A DNA stretch of 63,316 bases, counting the filler, from Choristocarpus tenellus KU-1152 (taxonomy: Eukaryota > Protista > Phaeophyceae): the NCBI GenBank assembly GCA_964200185.2. It is 9 parts of 9 records of this genome, joined end to end, with 100 filler letters (N's around TTAATTAATTAA, not from the genome) between each part and the next. Parts side by side here need not be neighbours in the genome. Positions count along the whole stretch, not along the records: positions 1 to 4,177 come from CAXNAD020015834.1; positions 4,278 to 8,306 come from CAXNAD020016591.1; positions 8,407 to 16,220 come from CAXNAD020005550.1; 6 more parts are not named here. One strand, 5' to 3'. The position numbers were made by a program, and so were the translations under genes. Below the pieces are notes generated by a model. It was not told where the DNA came from, searched no databases, and was given only the letters and a program-made list of their open reading frames with translations. Shown in pieces: positions 1 through 9,316 of the stretch; positions within the stretch are counted from its first letter, which is position 1; each line of letters opens with the position of its first letter.

Positions 1-171
1 GGGTGGGGGGGGCGGCGTTTGGTGTGGGGCGGTCCGTTTCGGTCGAACAACTTTTTTTTTCCTGACATTTTTTCAAATCTGACACGTGTGACCAAATCAC
101 ACCAAAAAAGTGAAAATCGAAAAAAGGGTGAAAAACGGACGCCAACACCTCCCCCTCAGATACTTTGATCC
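1..171. mobile_element. Right part of a palindromic MITE ending ...CCCCCTCAGATACTTTGATCC
   Basis: The terminus matches those at 27397-27413, 35510-35524 and, inverted, 47141-47163. There is internal inverted symmetry (GTCCGTTT near 31 vs AAACGGAC near 133; G-run vs C-run). Confidence 0.5.
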
Positions 172-365
172 AATCAATTGACTCTTGTAAGGAAATGCTG
201 TTCATCATGCCAAACAAAGAGCCGTTGCCAGATGCAGCTTTCACGCATGTTTTGTTCTAGTTGAGGTTGAATAACTATCCCATTTTTCACACTCAAATGC
301 ATTTTTTTTTTCTAACACTGTTGCGCCAGACTGTACTACATGTGTATGACTATGTATCTACTGAA

Positions 366-627
366 GAGACAAAGTATCTTAGAGGGTAGAGATGCGTCCA
401 TTTGGGGGCCACAATCCAATGTTGCGATTTTGGTGTAATTTCGGCTATCGTGTTTGTTAGGAATTGTCAATATCCTTATTCCAGACACACCATTTCATAA
501 TGTATACATTTTACCTACTCTGAAACATGTTGGAGTAGGAGAATGTCATTAAAAACCCAAGGGAAGTCAAGGCCCAAACGGACAAACAGGGAAAAACTCG
601 TACCCTAACCCTAACATACTTTCACTC
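366..627. mobile_element. MITE copy 1 (Sola2-like: GAG...CTC ends, 4-bp TSD)
   Basis: Terminal inverted repeat (TIR) GAGACAAAGTATCTTAGAGGGTA / TACC..CTAACATACTTTCACTC, flanked by TGAA at 362-365 and 628-631. Aligns over its full length with 1110-1370. Confidence 0.8.
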
Positions 628-1109
628 TGAAGTGAGAATATCATGCCCACTTATCGCCAACTTGTTGACTAAAGATACGCAAAGCACTCGAAAAAACGTT
701 TGTGTGAAGTTACCAAAGTAAAATCAAGAACCCGGGATGTAGAACCATAGACATCCGAGTGTCGACTTTTGGTGAAGTATCAAGCGGGTGGAATAATATT
801 AAAATATCTTAATGGGACACAAGTACGCCAGGGTAGATGGTAGATGGCTTGTGTGTTCTCCACCTCCGTGAATCGAATGCTGTAAGGTTGTTGTACTAGC
901 TAGTCGGGGCATGTTAACTCAGAGGCTTTGTGATCCTGACCTGTTGTTGTGTTCATGCTGGTCAATGTCCAAGGTCTAACCCTAAATATCATCCCCGTAC
1001 TCCACTGAGATTATTGTGTTCAGGATAAGAAAAGGCGCTGAGGAAGAAGACAACCGTTAATTGTTTGGAGGGTAATGTTAGTTGAATGGTGTTAACAAGT
1101 GCTGCATGT

Positions 1110-1370
1110 GAGCCAAAAAGTACCTTAGAGGGTAGAGCCGCATCCATTTGGGGGCCAAAATCCAATGTTGCGATTCTGGTGTAATTTTGGTTGTTGTGTT
1201 TGTTAGGAAGTGTCAAAAATCCTTCTTCTGAACACACCTTATCATGACGTATACGTTTTACCTACGAAGAAATATTTTGTAGTAGGAAAATGTCATAAAA
1301 ACCCCGAGGGAAGCCAAGCCCCAAATGGACAAACAGGGCAAAAGTTGTACCCGCTAAGATACTTTCACTC
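1110..1370. mobile_element. MITE copy 2 (Sola2-like)
   Basis: TIR GAGCCAAAAAGTACCTTAGAGGGTA / TACCCGCTAAGATACTTTCACTC, flanked by ATGT at 1106-1109 and 1371-1374. Confidence 0.8.
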
Positions 1371-2926
1371 ATGTCAGTTGTTTGTTTGATGTATTAGTCG
1401 AGACTTAATCTATTGACAGGTGACTCTCAAAGAATACATACTGACTGACGCCTTGTAGGGTTGAGAAAGAGGTCTGCTCTGAAGTCTGTGAGCCCGATAA
1501 TCCATCCTTACGTCATTGTATGAGATACCCTCCCTACTGAAGTAACTGTGTTACAGGCAAATAGCAAGAGTATTTCTTCCCGTGCTTTAACACACTTTAA
1601 CCGGCACGAGCAGTGTGTACACGAGTGTGGAACCCCAAAAGGGGGAACTCCGATTTGCTAAAAAGTTGCAGAATAAAATCTGTAACTCGGGAAAGTCACA
1701 AGGATTCCCAGATGGAAAGGTCGCAAAGGTTCTCAGATATATTCCAATGTCTGTAAACCAATGAAGCCCAAACGATAAATGATGATAAGAGATCCTAAAA
1801 ACGGCTCCAAACAGCTCAGTTCTTCTGACCTAGAGACCCGATTTAAACACTCTCAATCTGATATCGAAGAGCACACATTTGTCTTGTGCTAATTGATTCA
1901 TTTGAGAGTATCCCTGTTCTGCTGAGCTGATGTTCGTTAATCTGTGAATTGGAGCTACCCATCCTGTGGAGGTAAGTTTCTGGAGCGTGCATGTAACACG
2001 GAGGTCCTACCGAGACTTCCACTCTGCAATAACTGTGTGCACTCCAAACAGCTGACGGCCTTCTTGATTTTGCAGAGAAAATAGCATTGTTACCAGAAAA
2101 CATCTCCACTTCTGTGCAACATGTATCATTGGCTTCTCCTGTTGGCAGATATCGGATGGAAACTATCCAGATGGTGGGGCATTAGTATCAAATATGTGCA
2201 GTACATGATACTCTTCCAGAGCACATCTAAGGTACTTAGATGTCCTACCGAAAAATTCTGCCCTAAGGTCGTCTCGTTTAGCCTCTGCCCTGAGTGAGTT
2301 TCCTAAATGGTCTTGACTTTTCTTTATCTTCTCCAAATCTGCTCGTTGCCTTTGTACCATCTCACCTTCCACAGTCGTGAGTCAAAGTGATCCTGTAATA
2401 AGGACACTTCTCTGAGCAGCATGGCACAAAATTGCCTTCCTTCTCTCACCTTGCTAAGGCCCAGGTCATCCCTAACCCCCAATGCCTGCAGCTGTGCACC
2501 AATGTCAACCAGGGTGGGTGTCTCTGGTGCTGCTTACAGTTATGATCTTTGTCAGGTCTACAGGAGATGGAAAGATGCAGGAGGAAGGAGGAGGAATGAT
2601 TGTCATGTAGGAGTGGCTGTTCGAACAGTGGGAAAGAGGATGCAAGGCTTTTGACAGGAGCTTTTTTGGCAAAGGTCAGCCCTGCCCCTGTCACCATGCC
2701 GTGAGCCCCCAAGGTGTAATCATGTGCTTGTATGAGTTATACACAAAAGGAGTGTGATCCTCCGGTTCATTCCTTGCTCGTCTCGCGTTCTGAGAGATCT
2801 CCATCTGTTGCATCCAAAGCGTGCACACAACTGTACATTCCCATGTATTCTTGCACGTAAGTGGTACATGAGGATCTTCTCATGATTTACAAAAATACGA
2901 AATACATAATGTATGACAAAATGGTA

Positions 2927-2998
2927 GGCTTCGTGGTATAATGGTTAGCATTCGCCCCTGTCACGGGCGAGATCCGGGTTCGATTCCCGGCGAGGTCG
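2927..2998 (+). tRNA. trnD-GTC: tRNA-Asp (GTC)
   Basis: 72-nt cloverleaf. Acceptor GGCTTCG/CGAGGTC; anticodon stem CGCCC/GGGCG with loop CT-GTC-AC (GTC at 2960-2962); T arm CCGGG-TTCGATT-CCCGG; discriminator G; TTTT (possible Pol III terminator) at 3002-3005. Confidence 0.95.
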
Positions 2999-4121
2999 TT
3001 ATTTTGGTCATTATTTCAACATTTACGAGAAACGCTCTGTGGTGAGTGTTAGGAATTTTCTTTTGTCTGTTTCTAAATTATTCTGAGGGTTGATCGTATG
3101 AAACCAAAATGGACTACTATGGAAATAGTCCATGATGGAATCCTGCAAAACATTCCTGAACATAATCCAAGCTCTGAGACATGATCATCCAATGGTCAGC
3201 ACAGCAAAATAATTTCTCATTCACCGGGTCCATGACTTCATTGCTCCTTGGTACGATCAGGCGGGGGCATTCATTGGATCATGGTTCTTCTGTGATTCTA
3301 GTACCAACACAATTTTCTTGGAGATCATTTTTCTATGGTTAGGGAGAATCATATGCGGTGGCATTGTGGTTTGAGGACATGTAGTCTGATGTAAGGAGGG
3401 CGGCATACTACATGAGCACACAACAATGTCAAGTCAACAGAAATTTGCACAGAGCTGAGATGTTTCGAGACCGCAATACCGAAAAACAAATCTTAGCACA
3501 TATATCTCTATTTCATCCCCAATACCATTATTGAAAACTTACTGACCTGACCCCAATTTATGGAAATGACACTTTGCTTAGAAGCACAAGTTCTTTGAAT
3601 AATGGTACTGCCTGGGTGTTCCTGTCTGCCGCAGATTCGGTAAGGAACTCAGCACATGCTGATTTGAACCTCCCAGAAACAAAAGGGATATAAAGCCCAC
3701 TTTGTGATTGGCTCTAAGCATGGAATCAAGAAATGTACTTTCCAAGGATAGGGGAGCTAACCATGAGTGAATGCAGATAGAGTAGGCAGAAATTGATATC
3801 TCTGAACGGGGCGACACTTACTTTAGGGGCACACTCTACAGAAGGGCAATATCTGCCAGTCTGATTGAGATAGCCATGGGTGAAACTACTATAACCCACT
3901 ACTCTATGCTGGGGTCTACGCGTGGAGCAAGTGCAACCTTCATATCTATCCATTTGTATTCTCCAGATGCTGCAGTGAATGAACCGATCGCACATAGAGA
4001 CAGTTGCAGGCACTCACCCACATTGGTCGAGTATGCACTCTCTGAAGCACATAATAATGCTATCAAGAAGTGTGAGATGAGATGAGGATTTCATTGTCTC
4101 GGGACAGTTCTGTATGAACAT

Positions 4122-4177
4122 GAGTCAAATTATCTTAGAGGGTAGGGCCTCGTCCATTTGGGGTTAAAATCCAATGT
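4122..4177. mobile_element. MITE copy 3, left end, truncated by contig end
   Basis: GAGTCAAATTATCTTAGAGGGTAG...GTCCATTTGGGG...AATCCAATGT matches the start of copies 1 and 2. Confidence 0.7.
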
Positions 4178-4277
4178 NNNNNNNNNNNNNNNNNNNNNNN
4201 NNNNNNNNNNNNNNNNNNNNNTTAATTAATTAANNNNNNNNNNNNNNNNNNNNNNNNNNNNNNNNNNNNNNNNNNNN
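4178..4277. other. Artificial contig spacer (N44-TTAATTAATTAA-N44)
   Basis: Identical 100-nt spacers also occur at 8307-8406, 16221-16320, 24406-24505, 27297-27396, 35410-35509, 42160-42259 and 47219-47318. The 12-mer places stops in all six frames. Confidence 0.98.
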
Positions 4278-4954
4278 GGTGGTGGTGGAAATTTGTGCGC
4301 CGCCCCAAGTCTGCGGGGGTGCTTAGCAGGAGGTTTGCCAGGCAAGTACGTGTGGCACTCTTTCCATCTGTGGACAGCTGCGCAAACACCTGTGGCATGC
4401 TATCCCTGATGTCAATGATCAGAGCCCCCTTCTTGGCGTGGTCCTCCTTGGTCGCCTACAGATGCTGATATTCTGTCCAGACGTGATCGAGACGAATGAC
4501 AAAGTCGGCAGCGTCCTCCACCAATGAGCAGTAAATGTCGCGCACCATCATCTCGAGAGCTATGAGCTGCATGGGCCGCTGGACCGCAGCGTGCCCCCTG
4601 TAGATCTGCTCCAACTCGAGCCAGGCTGCCCTCCCGTCGGGGCTGCAATTGTTTTCGTGGGTGCTGACCACCATCACTGCACCCCCCCTCGTGGCCTGGC
4701 CCAGCAGGAACCACAAGGCCTCGCGATACTTGATGTACTTATTGTGCCGGCTGCGTTCCCCAAACGATGTATCAGCTGTAGGAGGTGCAGGGATGGTATG
4801 CTGTTTGGAGGATGCGGTACAGTCCCTTCCCGCCCGCATAGCTCACGGGCCATCTGCCGTTCTGCCCACTTCTCCCTTGTATGTATGCCCATGGGCGCCA
4901 CTCCATAGTGGCAGCTTACATGGGTCTGCTTCCATACCTGTGAGGCTCATAACC
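4278..4954 (-). mobile_element. Ty1/Copia retrotransposon 5' internal region: primer-binding site (PBS) plus degenerate gag
   Basis: Copia-type PBS GGTTATGAGCC (4954-4944) follows ...TTTGCACA directly. ATG at 4935. The frameshifted ORF contains LWFLLGQATRGGA...DGRAAWLELEQIY, a Copia gag-like DGxxAW motif. Confidence 0.75.
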
Positions 4955-6337
4955 TGTGCAAAAAGAGCTATTCAAATAGTTAGCTTTATGTGGTATGAAT
5001 GAATTTATTAGCAGAGTGCCATCCCTTGAGGTGGGGGGTGCTCTGCCTCGTGATCTGTTGTACACGTCAGCAGACACGTCAGGACGTGTCTGTGTCAGTC
5101 ACACTACGTCACTCGTTCTGCATCACTAGTACTACGTCACTCGTTCTGCGTCACTGGAACTACATCAGTCGTTCAGCGTCAGTCATATACATTAAGCAGC
5201 AGTAAGAAATCAACCGACTTAGATTCGAACCTATTACTCTAAGCGTACGGAAACAAGTGATTGACAATTTGATCCACTCAGTCAACATTTCTGTTACATG
5301 TTATCAAACACATAAGAACCTACAGACTACCAGCCTATATTGCACAGAGACTGCCCTAAAGAAACTTGCTGTCTGGACGGGGGCCACAAGAAGGTCATTG
5401 GAGACCTGGTCGACTTGGAGACTGTCATTGATCACCTACGCTGGTGGAAATGGTTTGCACGAGATTACGATGAGGGACTACAAGATTCCTCAAATACCCA
5501 CCACCATCTTGGGAGAGGCAGTGCGTCGGCACATGCCACACACACGAAGAATAACAAGGCGTTATGTTCTTCATGTGCACTATAGGTTGGTAGTCTATAG
5601 GTTCTTATGTGTTTGGTAACCAGTATTATGCAACAGAAATGTTGACCGAGTGAATCAATCGTCAATCAATTGTTTCCGTATGCTTAGAGTAAGAGGTTCA
5701 AATCTAGATGGGTTGATTCCTTATTTCTGCTTAATTTAAGTAGCTGATGCAAAACGACTGACGTAGTATCGTTCGTTGACGCAGAACAAGTGGCGTAGTA
5801 TGACTGATACAGACACGTTCTGATGTGTCTGCTGACGTGTGCATTAGATAATGAGGCAGAGCACCCCCCCCCTACCTTGAGGGATGGTGCTCACTCTGCT
5901 AATAAATTCATCCATACCTGTGAATCGTGTGATTCTGTGCCGGCGTGGTTCACTCAGGCAAGGGTGATGAAGAGAATCACCGGGCAAGACGGACCACACC
6001 TAGGACGAACCGTAACTGAGGGTACGAGGTTAAGGTCGAACAAGTGCAAAACTTAGGAGTGATGAGCCCCATCAAACGTGGGGCTTCACGTGGGGCTTCA
6101 TCACCATCAGTCAAGACGTGAGAACAAAGTAGATCTTGTGTGACAACTCTCTGAATGACGAGCTCTCCCAAGTCTATGAAATTGGTCACATGAAGAGAAT
6201 TCCATGATTTCATTCTAACGGAAAGTTGGTCAGTGAAATCATGGACTCTTGACTGGGAACCTCAATCAGTATACCGGTATAACGGTATACGGCATACCGC
6301 AATAACGGTATAATAACAGGTAAACATGCTTTCCACA
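4955..6337 (-). mobile_element. LTR (TGTGGAAAG...TTTGCACA) apparently interrupted by a foldback insertion
   Basis: TG/CA termini with a 7/8 inverted match (TGTGGAAA vs TGTGCAAA). PBS on the downstream side and polypurine tract (PPT) AGAGGGGGGGG on the upstream side (about 6341-6351). About 455 bp once 4992-5918 is removed. Confidence 0.55.
4992..5918. repeat. Long inverted repeat / foldback element, arms about 350 bp
   Basis: 4992-5346 is the reverse complement of about 5576-5918 (GGTATGAATGAATTTATTAGCAGAG... / ...CTCTGCTAATAAATTCATCCATACC), roughly 80% identical by eye. Spacer about 230 bp. TGT on both flanks. Confidence 0.85.
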
Positions 6338-7806
6338 TCACCCCCCCCTCTGATCGGCCTTGAAGCCATGTAAACATGATTCAAGGTCAACCAAAAGGTG
6401 AGCTCTGGGAGCGAAATGGGAAACGTGTGATTGTTAGTACATACTATTGCACATATTGTATTTATTACACGGCTCCATTAATACAAAATGAAGTATACAA
6501 TATAAACGAGGCTAACGATATATATCTGATCAGGACAACATAGCCTAAAGGTTGGTGTGTGGTCAGCACACCAATTAAGCTTACGAGGTCTGAGAGTATG
6601 GGATCAGAATATCAATCAGCCTAAAGACCAGGCGAGAGGAATATATGGCCAGCATATAGGTCTAATATCTTGTATAAAACAGAGGATAAACTCAGAATGG
6701 GGAGACGAGGATCAAACACTATACACGATGTCAACAAAACGATTTGACTAGTGTTTGTGATTCAACATTGCTATACGGGTGTTATACGATGATTTGATCA
6801 CCACTCCGATGCATGAAAACAACATCGCGTGTTACACGATCAAATCAACACAGCAATCGATGAGATCAAATGTGTGCACCCATTCTCCTTCCTCAATTCT
6901 GACTTCGATTGGAATATTGTTCACGACAACAATATTCCAAGTGGACAACTCGGACATATTATGTTGGTGGCTCAACTCTCCTAAAACGATACAAGGTGAC
7001 TGTACGATCATTACATCATGTCGGGGGGTCATGCCACACGAAAAAATAAATAAATAAATGAGTAACATGTATGGCTCACCTGAAGTCTCCATCTCTTACC
7101 TGGTGGTAGACTTGAACCTTCTCTTTTTTTCCGTTTTAGGATGGGTTTAGTCATTCCATGATGATCAATAAATCCATTTCATGAAAGCGTGACATGACGT
7201 AATTAACAGCCACCTTTTGCACATACGTGCTAATAATATATATGTGCCCGGTGATAACGATCTCTTCACCACCGCATGTGTCCACTCATGCAAACGAGGA
7301 GAGTTGAGAGATAAAATTAATTGTATATTAATTTATCTAATCCACCAACAATTATGTATAGTCTATTTGCAAGGATTAGGGTTTGCAAGGATTGATAAAC
7401 CAGGTACACACGAGATGCCATATCAGAGCTGGTTGTGAACAGGTTAACTGGCATCTGTTGTTACCAGTTATCTCATCTCTTCCCAAAACGATAGACTATA
7501 CCCATCTATGACAAAATGACACACAAACGATTTGTCTAAACTAGACGGACAACCTATGTAAAGGATTATAGTATGTGGGTACCACGAGATCTGGCCAAGA
7601 GACACTTGTCTTAAAAATAAGTACACAAACACACAATTAGACAAACATTTTTTTTGGCCATGATCTGTATCACACATACACACGATAATCTCTTTACTGA
7701 ACAATAGGTTACAACACGAAGGCAATGTATGATATACAGATTATGCAAAGGAGTATGATAACAGTAAATACGAATTCTCAAGTCAACAACACGAGGGACA
7801 AGAATT

Positions 7807-8306
7807 TTACTGGTTATCCAATCCATTTACTGCACGAAAGGCTGCAATCATTTCACGGCATTGTGGGATCTGTTTTATTCTTTTGTGTTGTGATTACAAG
7901 ACGGTCCATAGCCACAAAGACGAAGGCGATAGATAACATTAATGGACGAACAACGACCAGGATCAGGTCTATGTCTAACAATGCTATCAATAATGTATTG
8001 GCCAATAACAGGTTGAGAGATTTGATGGTCTACATCCGGTAATGGTATTGGTTTTCCCAGAAACAAATAATCCAGCATTCAAATCTGGTGTGGGAGGTTG
8101 GACTTGAGGATAGTAACGTTTCATCCTACCCAGATGAACAGAAAACGGACGTGGGTTTTCAGGTAGTATTGCCCCGTATAACAGTGGGTGATAACTTAGA
8201 ATGTACTTCATACAGACCCCTCCAAGGGTGAAGTAACTTCGGATTCGGACCATCAGTACTCTCATGTGGCCTATGGACTAGAACTTGATCACTAGATACG
8301 AAAACG
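7807..8306 (-). mobile_element. Ty3/Gypsy chromovirus pol C-terminus (integrase tail plus chromodomain), frameshifted
   Basis: VHLGRMKRYYPQVQPPTPD / FLGKPIPLPD...YIIDSIVRHRPDPGR...YRLRLCGYGP / IPQCREMIAAFR is a chromodomain pattern. Followed by about 1.4 kb of non-coding sequence and a PPT. Confidence 0.75.
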
Positions 8307-8543
8307 NNNNNNNNNNNNNNNNNNNNNNNNNNNNNNNNNNNNNNNNNNNNTTAATTAATTAANNNNNNNNNNNNNNNNNNNNNNNNNNNNNNNNNNNNNN
8401 NNNNNNCCCCCCCCCCCCCACAGGCTCTCTCGGATCAGAACTGCAATTAACCTGACTCTCGAAACCGAATTGGAATGGTGCAAGACTGCATTGATTGACC
8501 ACACACCGATAAAACAGACTATTACAGACCTCGTGGATGCTTA

Positions 8544-8564
8544 CCCTAACCCTAACCCTAACCC
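8544..8564. repeat. Interstitial telomere-like (CCCTAA)3
   Basis: Read directly. Shorter or degenerate patches at 603-615, 9246-9263, 14526-14539, 19428-19448 and about 19685-19699. Confidence 0.7.
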
Positions 8565-9316
8565 ATGTCTAATTTAAGCGACGTTCAGAGATCCAACTCC
8601 CCACTCCCTCTCAGGTAGAGGGGGGTCCCATTTTGAGGCAAAGATCTTTTCGGAGGCGACCCTGAATATGCACTATTGAAGTTTCTCGAGACCATCCCTT
8701 GAGAAAAGGATTCACTGCTACTATCGTGTGAAAAAAAGGTTGCAGCAGTGGCAGGTGGTCCACTCCCATCAAGACAAGTCCATTAATATCAGGAGCATCA
8801 CGCGCGTAGAAAATGTAAGGATGCTGCAAGAATAAATACACTGCATACAAATTGATAGAAAGGAATGAACGCCCCCCCCCGCCCCCCCCCCAATTCTGAA
8901 ATAAAAACATGCCTAACAACTACTCAAATGCAGCATCACGATGATCACTGCGATCTTGCATTAAAAACGACATTTATTAGAGATGTTCAAATTCATAATC
9001 ATCCAAAACAGACTGTGCTAGCCATATTGCTTCAAAAACAGTACACAACAGGGCATAACCAGCGATTTAGGTACCTTAATTTTGTTTGTTTGTTAGTTTT
9101 GATGCGTTGCACACTATAAGACTATAAACATAACACATCTCAAGTCTCCTCTCATGTACCAAAACACGAACCATTTTAAAAAGAAAAGAAAAGAAAATCG
9201 ACAGAAAAAAACAAGATACCAAATCACGAAGATTAAATTGCCCTGTAACCCTAACCCTAACCCCAACACAGCACGATACCATTAATATTTAAGAAAAAAA
9301 AGAGATGACTACCCAC

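Noticed and set aside
1400-2900. Minus-strand ORF fragments upstream of the tRNA as a tRNA-targeting retroelement
   Set aside because: No recognisable RT, integrase, gag or LTR signature.
4222-4233. Recurring TTAATTAATTAA palindrome as a biological motif
   Set aside because: It is always centred in N44 pads, so it is a concatenation linker. No gene-neighbourhood inference is valid across it, and ORFs containing X runs are artefacts.
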